Made by a program: the position numbers and the translations under genes. This document shows, piece by piece, positions 1 to 12,051 of a DNA stretch of 64,000 nucleotides. The DNA comes from Eledone cirrhosa (lineage: Eukaryota): positions 161,076,001 to 161,140,000 of the forward strand of contig OZ024743.1 in the NCBI GenBank assembly GCA_964016885.1. The letters run 5' to 3'. The notes beneath the pieces were generated by a model. The model was not told where the DNA came from. It saw only the letters and a program-made list of their open reading frames with translations, and ran no database searches. Each line of letters begins with the position of its first letter. Within the stretch, counting starts at the first letter, position 1.

Positions 1-926
1 CCGGCAGAAATTAGAAATTGGAATAAATGCTCTGAAATAGCGATATATATGTGAATATAGACATAGAATATTCGAAAATATTCTGTATGTTTATAATAAA
101 CATTTTGAAGACCTAATCGCTATAGAATAGAATACGTCACGTATTACAATTAGATTCTCGATAAAAGCAAGGGAAGTAATCTACGCGTTTCATTCTTGTT
201 AGAAATCATCAGGACCACATATCCAGTGCTTTTATCGAGAATGACACAGCTAGAGACTTATAGAATACTTAGCTGTGTACAGGAACTGGTTTGAAAGAGC
301 GGTTGCCGGTCCGGCAGAAATTAGAAATTGGAATAAATGCTCTGAAATAGCGATATATATGTGAATATAGACATAGAATATTCGAAAATATTCTGTATGT
401 TTATAATAAACATTTTGAAGACCTAATCGCTATAGAATAGAATACGTCACGTATTACAATTAGATTCTCGATAAAAGCAAGGGAAGTAATCTACGCGTTT
501 CATTCTTGTTAGAAATCATCAGGACCACATATCCAGTGCTTTTATCGAGAATGACACAGCTAGAGACTTATAGAATACTTAGCTGTGTACAGGAACTGGT
601 TTGAAAGAGCGGTTGCCGGTCCGGCAGAAATTAGAAATTGGAATAAATGCTCTGAAATAGCGATATATATGTGAATATAGACATAGAATATTCGAAAATA
701 TTCTGTATGTTTATAATAAACATTTTGAAGACCTAATCGCTATAGAATAGAATACGTCACGTATTACAATTAGATTCTCGATAAAAGCAAGGGAAGTAAT
801 CTACGCGTTTCATTCTTGTTAGAAATCATCAGGACCACATATCCAGTGCTTTTATCGAGAATGACACAGCTAGAGACTTATAGAATACTTAGCTGTGTAC
901 AGGAACTGGTTTGAAAGAGCGGTTGC
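1..926 (-). repeat. 310-bp tandem array, ~3 units, HHR-sense on the minus strand (cut off by the window start)
   Basis: ccggcagaaattagaaattgg recurs at 1, 311 and 621; reverse complement of the units at 926-3715. Confidence 0.97.
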
Positions 927-3720
927 ACATATATATCGCTATTTCAGAGCATTTATTCCAATTTCTAATTTCTGCCGGACCGGCAACCGCTCTTTCAAAC
1001 CAGTTCCTGTACACAGCTAAGTATTCTATAAGTCTCTAGCTGTGTCATTCTCGATAAAAGCACTGGATATGTGGTCCTGATGATTTCTAACAAGAATGAA
1101 ACGCGTAGATTACTTCCCTTGCTTTTATCGAGAATCTAATTGTAATACGTGACGTATTCTATTCTATAGCGATTAGGTCTTCAAAATGTTTATTATAAAC
1201 ATACAGAATATTTTCGAATATTCTATGTCTATATTCACATATATATCGCTATTTCAGAGCATTTATTCCAATTTCTAATTTCTGCCGGACCGGCAACCGC
1301 TCTTTCAAACCAGTTCCTGTACACAGCTAAGTATTCTATAAGTCTCTAGCTGTGTCATTCTCGATAAAAGCACTGGATATGTGGTCCTGATGATTTCTAA
1401 CAAGAATGAAACGCGTAGATTACTTCCCTTGCTTTTATCGAGAATCTAATTGTAATACGTGACGTATTCTATTCTATAGCGATTAGGTCTTCAAAATGTT
1501 TATTATAAACATACAGAATATTTTCGAATATTCTATGTCTATATTCACATATATATCGCTATTTCAGAGCATTTATTCCAATTTCTAATTTCTGCCGGAC
1601 CGGCAACCGCTCTTTCAAACCAGTTCCTGTACACAGCTAAGTATTCTATAAGTCTCTAGCTGTGTCATTCTCGATAAAAGCACTGGATATGTGGTCCTGA
1701 TGATTTCTAACAAGAATGAAACGCGTAGATTACTTCCCTTGCTTTTATCGAGAATCTAATTGTAATACGTGACGTATTCTATTCTATAGCGATTAGGTCT
1801 TCAAAATGTTTATTATAAACATACAGAATATTTTCGAATATTCTATGTCTATATTCACATATATATCGCTATTTCAGAGCATTTATTCCAATTTCTAATT
1901 TCTGCCGGACCGGCAACCGCTCTTTCAAACCAGTTCCTGTACACAGCTAAGTATTCTATAAGTCTCTAGCTGTGTCATTCTCGATAAAAGCACTGGATAT
2001 GTGGTCCTGATGATTTCTAACAAGAATGAAACGCGTAGATTACTTCCCTTGCTTTTATCGAGAATCTAATTGTAATACGTGACGTATTCTATTCTATAGC
2101 GATTAGGTCTTCAAAATGTTTATTATAAACATACAGAATATTTTCGAATATTCTATGTCTATATTCACATATATATCGCTATTTCAGAGCATTTATTCCA
2201 ATTTCTAATTTCTGCCGGACCGGCAACCGCTCTTTCAAACCAGTTCCTGTACACAGCTAAGTATTCTATAAGTCTCTAGCTGTGTCATTCTCGATAAAAG
2301 CACTGGATATGTGGTCCTGATGATTTCTAACAAGAATGAAACGCGTAGATTACTTCCCTTGCTTTTATCGAGAATCTAATTGTAATACGTGACGTATTCT
2401 ATTCTATAGCGATTAGGTCTTCAAAATGTTTATTATAAACATACAGAATATTTTCGAATATTCTATGTCTATATTCACATATATATCGCTATTTCAGAGC
2501 ATTTATTCCAATTTCTAATTTCTGCCGGACCGGCAACCGCTCTTTCAAACCAGTTCCTGTACACAGCTAAGTATTCTATAAGTCTCTAGCTGTGTCATTC
2601 TCGATAAAAGCACTGGATATGTGGTCCTGATGATTTCTAACAAGAATGAAACGCGTAGATTACTTCCCTTGCTTTTATCGAGAATCTAATTGTAATACGT
2701 GACGTATTCTATTCTATAGCGATTAGGTCTTCAAAATGTTTATTATAAACATACAGAATATTTTCGAATATTCTATGTCTATATTCACATATATATCGCT
2801 ATTTCAGAGCATTTATTCCAATTTCTAATTTCTGCCGGACCGGCAACCGCTCTTTCAAACCAGTTCCTGTACACAGCTAAGTATTCTATAAGTCTCTAGC
2901 TGTGTCATTCTCGATAAAAGCACTGGATATGTGGTCCTGATGATTTCTAACAAGAATGAAACGCGTAGATTACTTCCCTTGCTTTTATCGAGAATCTAAT
3001 TGTAATACGTGACGTATTCTATTCTATAGCGATTAGGTCTTCAAAATGTTTATTATAAACATACAGAATATTTTCGAATATTCTATGTCTATATTCACAT
3101 ATATATCGCTATTTCAGAGCATTTATTCCAATTTCTAATTTCTGCCGGACCGGCAACCGCTCTTTCAAACCAGTTCCTGTACACAGCTAAGTATTCTATA
3201 AGTCTCTAGCTGTGTCATTCTCGATAAAAGCACTGGATATGTGGTCCTGATGATTTCTAACAAGAATGAAACGCGTAGATTACTTCCCTTGCTTTTATCG
3301 AGAATCTAATTGTAATACGTGACGTATTCTATTCTATAGCGATTAGGTCTTCAAAATGTTTATTATAAACATACAGAATATTTTCGAATATTCTATGTCT
3401 ATATTCACATATATATCGCTATTTCAGAGCATTTATTCCAATTTCTAATTTCTGCCGGACCGGCAACCGCTCTTTCAAACCAGTTCCTGTACACAGCTAA
3501 GTATTCTATAAGTCTCTAGCTGTGTCATTCTCGATAAAAGCACTGGATATGTGGTCCTGATGATTTCTAACAAGAATGAAACGCGTAGATTACTTCCCTT
3601 GCTTTTATCGAGAATCTAATTGTAATACGTGACGTATTCTATTCTATAGCGATTAGGTCTTCAAAATGTTTATTATAAACATACAGAATATTTTCGAATA
3701 TTCTATGTCTATATTCACAT
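926..3720 (+). repeat. 310-bp tandem array, 9 apparently identical units, retrozyme-like
   Basis: cacatatatatcgct recurs every 310 nt from 926; at 3716 cacatatatat runs into (TA)n; gtggtcctgatga at 1071, 1381 ... 3551. Confidence 0.97.
1071..1113 (+). ncRNA. Minimal type I hammerhead ribozyme, one per unit (also 1381, 1691, 2001, 2311, 2621, 2931, 3241, 3551; minus strand 176-218, 486-528, 796-838)
   Basis: GTGGTC-CTGATGA-t-TTCT-aaca-AGAA-t-GAAA-CGCG-TA^-GATTAC: stem I GUGGUC/GAUUAC, intact core, palindromic stem III ACGCGT, GUA cleavage triplet ending at 1107. Confidence 0.88.
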
Positions 3721-3950
<230 letters not shown>

Positions 3951-4106
3951 CTTATACTTATACATACACATACACATGTATACACACATATATATACACA
4001 CACACATAAGAAATAATACGTACATACATACTGACGCATTTATAAAATCATAATAGAAAAAATATTGAAATGCAAACATAATATTCAGTGCAAATTTATG
4101 CGTATA

Positions 4107-4135
4107 CTAGCAGTGGTACCCGGCCGTGCACAGGA
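4107..4135 (-). mobile_element. Helitron-like 3' terminus
   Basis: Minus strand cctgtgcacggccgggtaccactgCTAG|T: GC-rich subterminal segment, then CTAG followed by T. Confidence 0.5.
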
Positions 4136-5369
4136 TAAGGTGTTTTGGAACGCGGGCCGCCAACAGACCTAATCGTGGAAAAACTGCATGCCTAGACAAT
4201 ATGTAAAGAAAATAAACCGAATACTCTGATGGCTGGATAATCTTAAGATTTTCCTCGATGAAGCAAGAAATATGTAGGTTTTCACCTAATGCGGGCCCTA
4301 GTGGATCAAGAAAATGAATTTTTTTTATGTGCATAATATGCCTTTTTAACTGAGTTAATAAGATTACTTATATGTTTTTAATGTTTTACATTGGAAAAAA
4401 TATTGAAAATCCCAGTTTTGTTTAATTATTAGTTATTATGAGATAATTTTGACAAAGATATGCTTAAAGATATATTTAGCCAGAGTTAGTTATAGTATAT
4501 TAAATAATTAAAAAATTAAAAATTATTAAAAGTATGAGAAAATATTAAAACCATTGAAAAATTAAAATTATAAATTATTAAAAATTCTAGACAAAATTCT
4601 TGAAAATTCTTGGAAAAACTTTCAAAGAAATTTTTAAAAGATCTCAAAAAAACTCCGAAGATACACAAAAACCTTTTAAAAAACATGTAAAAAGTGTTTA
4701 AAATTAATTAAAAACCTAAAATTATTCAGGAAATATAATTAAAAACTAAAATTAATCAGAAAATATATAAAGAAATATTAAGAAATATTTAAAAATACTT
4801 TAAAATATTTTAAAATATTTAAAAATATTAGAAAAATATAAAAAATATTAAGATAACCCAAATAATCCTTAAAAAAATAGTTTTTTGGGAAATAAGTAAT
4901 TTTTTTTTTTTAATTTAAGTAATTTTTCTAAAAGGATTATGAGATATTTTGGAAGTAAGATAAATAAACATAAAAAATAAAGATATTTAAGAAGCAAAAA
5001 TATTAAAAAGTAAAGATTTAAGAAGTAAATTATATATATTTAAGAAGTAAAAGATATTAAAATTAGAATTATATTAAATTTAAATTTAAAGATTTAGAAT
5101 TTATGAATATATAATTTAAGAAATTAAATATATGAACATATAATTTAAGAAATGAAATTATAGGTGTTTGGATAAAGTAAACATTATGTAGAAAAGATTA
5201 AACGTGTAATTATATTTTATATATAGATCTAAAAGTTTATATATAGGTCTAAAATTTATGAACATATAATTTAAGAAATGTAATTATAGGTGTTTGGATA
5301 AAGTAAACATTATGTAGAAAAGATTAAACGTGTAATTATATTTTCTATATAGATCTAAAAGTTGAGTTT

Positions 5370-5885
5370 TGGCGATGTTTACAAGAACTAAATAAATTGT
5401 TACGTAAATTAATGGAGTTCTTACATTTAAGTATGGAGAAAATTTCCTTAACACACAATTTGTAAAATTTGGATAAAGCTGTGTTTTTGTAAGCGGGTGC
5501 TTACGAAATTACATTCCAAGTTAAAGAATAGTCTCTATTTTTGGATTTTAAGTTCCATATCAAGTTGGATAGAGAAGTTGAAGATTTTTTACCAATATTA
5601 TTAAACGAACATTTATGGTAATTGAAACGAGATTTAAAGTCTGTAGAAATTGAGCCAACATAGTTAAAAATATTATCATAGGTTTTGACATTGCATTTAT
5701 AGACCACATTTTTAACTAAACAGTTATTTTTTAAAGGACAGTTAGATTTAATTCTACAATTATATTTATCAGAGTTTATATTATTCGGAACAGTATTATT
5801 ATATTGGATATTGCTAGAGGTATCAGTGGTATTCTGGTTAAGGTTTAGTTTTCTATTATTGATTCTATTTATATTTTGTGCTAGG

Positions 5886-5890
<5 letters not shown>
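5370..5890 (-). pseudogene. Penelope-like element, C-terminal GIY-YIG endonuclease fragment
   Basis: NCPLKNNCLVKNVVYKC...NYVGSISTDFKSRFNYH...SLSNLIWNLK; homologous to 7864-8330; stop at 5501. Confidence 0.8.
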
Positions 5891-5928
<38 letters not shown>

Positions 5929-5931
<3 letters not shown>

Positions 5932-6635
5932 AGAGTAATGAAGTTTGCTTGAAGCATTGTGGAATAATAAGATATATTTTCTTTAGGTTGTTTTGGAAGC
6001 CTCAACAATGCAGATGAGAAATTCTCCGGGTAACGAGATCCGGTGGTGAAGAGATGTAAGTGAATCTAGAATGAGATGTATAGTGTGTAGAAGAACGTAG
6101 GAAAGAGCGTAAAAAATAAAAAATAATAACACGAGATAGAGTTACCTTGGGAGAGATTTAATTGTCGCTATATATTTCGGATTCACAACAATCAACTGGG
6201 TTTTTTTCCGGGGGAGGGGGAAGTTTATCTGTCGGAAAGGTGCGAAACGTGTCCTCCGCTGTTCGTTATTTTGAATATCTGAGATATTTTGAATATCTCA
6301 GATATTCAAAACAACGAACAGCGGAGGACACGTTTCGCACCTTTCTGACAGATAACCTCCTCCCTCCCCCAGCATATCCCCCCCACCTCCTAACCCCCCC
6401 CCCCCCCCAGTTGATGGATGTGAATACGAAATATATAGGGACAATTAAATCTCACCCAAGGTAACTCTATCTCGTGTTATTATTTTTATTTGTTACGCTC
6501 TTTCCTACGTTCTTCTACACACTATACATCTCATTCTACATTCACTTACATCTCTCTCTTCACCACCGAATCTCGTTACCCGGTGAATTCCCCATCTGCA
6601 CTGTTGAGGCTTCCAAAACGACCTAAAGAAAATAT

Positions 6636-6638
<3 letters not shown>
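5929..6638. repeat. ~670-bp imperfect palindrome made of a Penelope pLTR-like unit, between (TA)n tracts
   Basis: Arms ~5971-6288 and ~6293-6638 are reverse complements; centre aatatctgagatattttgaatatctcagatatt; end motif ccacaatgcttcaagcaaac shared with 24380 and, with mismatches, ~12230. Confidence 0.8.
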
Positions 6639-6712
<74 letters not shown>

Positions 6713-7539
6713 TATTTTCCGTTGTGTTGAAATATAAATATTACACACAGTAGATTGACAGCTCACGTAGAGTTTGCTCGACGGTTCCAGTTGTAGTTCC
6801 AAAAGTAATCCGGAGAAAAATAGAAAGATTTGGATGGATACAGTTTAGTTGAAAGAAATTTATTGACACGTGTTTCTATAACAGTTACATAACCTGAAAA
6901 CAGCTGCTATCTACAAAGTATTAGTTATGCAGACATTCAATATTTCAATGTTATTATTTACTGTCATTTCATCAGAATAATATTACTGAGGACCTGCTTG
7001 GTTTTTATAGAGAATATTAGGAGGGAGGGGTGAAGTTGTTAGAAGAATAGTTGAGGGAGTGGTTTTTTGATAGCAGTGAGAATTTTTGGTGGCAGTGAGT
7101 AATTAGATTCCCATCTGTTGTTTTGACATTTTTATAGAATATATTATTGGTTATTTTTCTAAATCTATAGAAGGATTAGAGATTGTAAAGATATGCGTGG
7201 TTGGTTTTGTGTTTGCACTTAATTAACATTCAGACTTAAATTTTTCTTTCAAGTGTACGTATCCTTTCACCCACGCATTCACACACAAACATATTTGCAC
7301 ACCTCTACAAAATACATATACTTACATTCACATAGTAACATGTTCATACTTACATACATATATACATGCATACATATATATATACACACATGTATTCATG
7401 TACATACATACGCGTTCATGTGTATACATTTTTATACTCAACTTATCTTTATATACACACGTATAGACACACACATATATACATACATACTCTAGTCTAT
7501 GTGTATATATATACATATACATATATATCTATATATCTA

Positions 7540-7585
<46 letters not shown>

Positions 7586-7863
7586 CACTTTAATACATGA
7601 ATACACTTACATCTAACTATACACATCAAACATATATATATATATTTACTTATTTATATACATTTTCACATATATATACATACTTATGGTCGCTTTTAGA
7701 CACATTCATTATCGCATTTTTGCACCTATTCTCATCAGCATATATTTCCATTATTAGTGTGGTAATTTGAGGTTATTAATATACATATATATGTTGAGAA
7801 GAGATTGTTTTTATATTTTTCTAACTAGATTGAGGTTTATATAGTTGGAGGGATGTCCCTCTT

Positions 7864-9340
7864 TTATGTAATATTCGGCTTGTAGTGGGAAAAAAGGGTT
7901 TTAGTTCGGTGACGGCAGAATAATGTTCGTTCAATTCTGTTATTCAGCAATTTCTTCTTGTGTGTGATTATGTAATAAATCTCAAGATTACACAATTTGC
8001 AGAAATTTTGGCTCCTGGAAAAGCTTTGGGTTTTAGCTAATTTCTCCCATTTTAGGGTAAACTTTTGATCGCTATCCCTGAGCGTCCAAGCTTTTTCTGC
8101 TAAAGTTGTTACATTTATTTGGCTCTGGTGTTTTATTGAGTAAGAATGCCTATATAATCGAGATTTAAACGATCTTGCCGTTGATCCCACGTAATACCAC
8201 TCGTTGCCTCCGGATTTAATGGTATACTTATAAATAATATTTTTTTCCAGGCAGTTATTGCCGAGGGGGCAGTTGTCAGGATAGGTGCAGTTACAGTTGT
8301 GTACGTTGGGTTTTCTCTGGAGTAGTATTGCGGACGAACTTAGGTGTGGTTTATTTATGTTCTGTAGTGTATTGTCTACTGTTTTTTTTTTGTGTTCTTA
8401 AGTTTTTAGTGTTTTCGTTTAACCTTCTAGTATTGATCTTTTTTATGTGTTGTTCAAGGTTTAACGCTGTAGAGTATGACAGTCTTATAGTGGTAGGGTT
8501 TAGGATTTTGTGGTATTTGTGTGATGTAGGAAAATGTCTCTTAATTATTCTAAAGAAGAGTACTGGTAAATTTGTACTAATGGAACTATTGTATTCGGGG
8601 TTATACCATAAGTACTCTTTGCATCGCTTTCTATTAGTTTTGTTTGTTGGTTTACTGGTGTGCATACTATGGTAGTAAGTGTGGTTTGGTGTTGTGTTAT
8701 TATATCTACCTATGTGGGATTTATATACTCTATTTTGTTGAGGTAGCCTGCTTTACTAAGGGCGTTATCGTAGTACTCGGCGTGTTCCTTAAATACTTGT
8801 ATGTTAGAAGATAGACCCGAGATTCTAAGGGAAATATTTTTAGGGATAGATTTAATTATAGAGATGGGGTGGTTAGACCCAACATTTACGTATTTGAGAT
8901 TTTCATTCAATTTATGAAACGGTTTAATCAGACCAGAGTTTAAATTGAGTGTGACATCCAGGAAGTTAACTACTTTAAGGTTGTATTCATATGTTATAGT
9001 TAGTCCTATTTCGAGTAGTAGTTTTCTTATATCTTTGCGTAGTTTTTCTAGTTTTTGGTTATTTAGGTTTTTAACTATCGGTTATATTCCGCCGTGGAGA
9101 TTGCTGAATTTTTCCTGGAGTCTAAAGGCGATAAATAACCCCACAATATCAGTTATTTCCGCCGAATCATTAGAGCCCATTGTTATGTCAAAGTTAGAGG
9201 GTCTATCTTTACGTACCCAATAACTGTTCTCAAATTTGACTATAGTTTTCCTAGCTTCTAATATAATCTTAATTTCATCGTTTGTAAGGTCAGAGTTATC
9301 CTTAGAAAACTTAATGGCTCTATTCAAAGTTTCAGGTGAT
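7864..9340 (-). pseudogene. Penelope-like RT plus GIY-YIG ORF, frameshifted, catalytic YxDD region lost
   Basis: ORF fragments 9082-9340, 8710-8910, 8351-8665, 7864-8190; HGGI* where G(I/L)YRDD is expected; NCPLGNNCLEKNIIY...YYVGSTARSFKSR. Confidence 0.85.
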
Positions 9341-9833
9341 ATCGATGAAAAGTTTACCCTAAAATGGGAGAAATTAGCTAAAACCCAAAGCTTTTCCAGG
9401 AGCCAAAATTTCTGCAAATTGTGTAATCTTGAGATTTATTACATAATCACACACAAGAAGAAATTGCTGAATAACAGAATTGAACGAACATTATTCTGCC
9501 GTCACCGAACTAAAACCCTTTTTTCCCACTACAAGCCGAATATTACATAAAAGAGGGACATCCCCCCAACTATATAAACCTCAATCTAGTTAGAAAAATA
9601 TAAAAACAATCTCTTCTCAACATATATATGTATATTAATAACCTCAAATTACCACACTAATAATGGAAAGATATGCTGATGAGAATAGGTGCAAAAAATG
9701 CGATAATGACTGTGTCTAAAAGCGACCATAAGTATGTATATATATGTGAAAATGTATATAAATAAGTAAATATATATATATGTTTTATGTGTATAGTTAG
9801 ATGTAAGTGTATTCATGTATTAAAGTGCTTATA

Positions 9834-9953
<120 letters not shown>

Positions 9954-10506
9954 TATAGATATATATGTATATGTATATATATACACATAGACTAGAGTAT
10001 GTATGTATATATGTGTGTGTCTATACGTGTGTATATAAAGATAAGTTGAGTATAAAAATGTATACACATGAACGCGTATGTATGTACATGAATACATGTG
10101 TGTATATATATATGTATGCATGTATATATGTATGTAAGTATGAACATGTTACTATTTGAATGTAAGTATATGTATTTTGTAGAGGTGTGCAAATATGTTT
10201 GTGTGTGAATGCGTGGGTGAAAGGATACGTACACTTGAAAGAAAAATTTAAGTCTGAATGTTAATTAAGTGCAAACACAAAACCAACCACGCATATCTTT
10301 ACAATCTCTAATCTTTCTATAGATTTAGAAAAATAACCAATAATATATTCTATAAAAATGTCAAAACAACAGATGGGAATCTAATTACTCACTGCCACCA
10401 AAAATTCTCACTGCTATCAAAAAACCACTCCCTCAACTATTCTTCTAACAACTTCACCCCTCCCTCCTAATATTCTCTATAAAAACCAAGCAGGTCCTCA
10501 GTAATA

Positions 10507-10627
10507 TTATTCTGATGAAATGACAGTAAATAATAACATTGAAATATTGAATGTCTGCATAACTAATACTTTGTAGATAGCAGCTGTTTTCAGGTTATGT
10601 AACTGTTATAGAAACACGTGTCAATAA
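10507..10627 (+). ncRNA. Hammerhead ribozyme with a ~92-nt branched stem II (mirror copy 6860-6980, minus strand)
   Basis: TTATT-CTGATGA-a-ATGACAGT...ACTGTTAT-a-GAAAC-acgt-GTC^-AATAA. Confidence 0.72.
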
Positions 10628-10677
10628 ATTCCTTTCAACTAAACTGTATCCATTCAAATCTTTATATATATATATAT

Positions 10678-11395
10678 ATAATTCTCTGGACATGCTTTAC
10701 TCTATAGTATTTTGCTCTGATTATTTAATTTATTAATTCTTCATTGAGCCACATCGTGAATAGTTGCCAAAACACATATATACCTGTGACTTTGTTTTAT
10801 TGGTGTATGTGTAAATATTTATATTTAATAATCTCTCATAAGGTTGAGGTACAATTTTGGCGATATTGGGCTGCGCTTTCTAGCAACCAACCCACTCGCC
10901 GTAAGCAACCAATCACACCCCTCCTGACTTGACCACTGCCACGTCACAGTTCTCAACCATTTTGAATTCGTGTTTGGCGGGGCCACTTCGGAAAATAAAC
11001 TGTACTAGCGAGTTTGTCCCCTGATGAGCTCTAAACTCGAGATATCCTTAATAAGATATCTCAAAATGTGAGCGAAACCCATGGGTCGAGATTTAGTGAT
11101 TTAATCCTGGTATGTATATAAGCATTTCTAACTTTAATTTTTACCTAATTATGTATGGTTGACCGTATATTTAATTAATTTCCACGTGCTGTTGAAATGT
11201 CGGGTAAATATTCTATAGCGGTTGGACGCGAAGACGCTGCTGTGGCGTATTTATTTACTGTTTCTTCATAGGTGCCTTTTATTCTTATAGCCTGGTCTAA
11301 TTGATTTTTTGTGTGGTTAATTATGCTGATTGGGAGTAGAGATGATGTATATATATTATCAGATAATTCTCTGGACATGCTTTACTCTATAGTAT
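10678..11395 (+). mobile_element. 685-nt HHR-bearing monomer with a 33-nt terminal direct repeat (retrozyme or solo pLTR)
   Basis: ataattctctggacatgctttactctatagtat at 10678 and 11363; (TA)n on both sides; internal HHR. Confidence 0.7.
11016..11092 (+). ncRNA. Type I hammerhead ribozyme
   Basis: gtccc-CTGATGA-GCTC..GAGATATC/GATATCTC..GAGC-GAAAC-ccatgg-GTC^-gagat; palindromic stem III ACCCATGGGT; one mismatch in stem I. Confidence 0.75.
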
Positions 11396-11709
11396 ATATA
11401 TATATATATATATAGCGAGGGAAAAGTGGTAAGGAACCAGGTGGACCATAACGCACCAAAGTACTCAATACTTAGTCGTTCTACTTACCGTATTGACCTC
11501 CTCCCCCTCCCCCTCCCCTGCTTCCTCTTTGACCTCACACCCAGCTGTAGCTGGCACCACCAACGCATGAATGGGTCTACTCCGCCCCCTCCCCTTTTCT
11601 CCTACTGGCAGGTTTGGCTACCTCCCCCACCAACTTGCCATCGCAGAATTACTACTACCTTGTGGGATGACCAATCCTGGTGATTATCTCTTTGACCATA
11701 TATGGAATT

Positions 11710-11804
11710 GCCCCTTGACAAGTTCGGCTATTTAAATACCAGAACTGATTTTTCTTTCAGTACAGAATTAGCCGTCGAAACGGCTTGAGCTCAGCCGTCG
11801 GGGT
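11710..11804 (+). ncRNA. Hammerhead ribozyme, U3:A8 core variant, inside a (TA)n-flanked ~400-bp unit (11415-11817)
   Basis: GCCCC-TTGACAA-..CGGCTA...TAGCCG..-GAAAC-GGCT-tgagctc-AGCC-GTC^-GGGGT. Confidence 0.68.
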
Positions 11805-11814
11805 CTTACTTACT

Positions 11815-11900
<86 letters not shown>

Positions 11901-12051
11901 TTTTCCCCATAACCTTACATTCTATTTCAGTGTGTATATTTTTCTCGTTATTTTATTTTATTTCTTATGTTTATTTTATTATATATTAGCCTCGCTTTCA
12001 ATTGTTGTAGCCTTTGTTTTTAAATTCATATCTTACGTCCATATAAAATGT

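Noticed and set aside
1-3720. CRISPR array or plain structural satellite
   Set aside because: No variable spacers, the whole 310-bp unit repeats and the context is eukaryotic; the ribozyme and hairpins explain it better
4240-4285. HHR-like cctcgatgaagcaagaaatatgta
   Set aside because: Core is not CUGANGA or a compensated variant and there is no stem II
6220-6260. gaaacgtgtc as an HHR 3' half
   Set aside because: No valid CUGANGA upstream, and it is on the opposite strand to the element's other HHR-like motif
9236-9550. Plus-strand 104-aa ORF as a novel gene
   Set aside because: Chimera of antisense RT and the inverted GIY-YIG tail across the inversion junction
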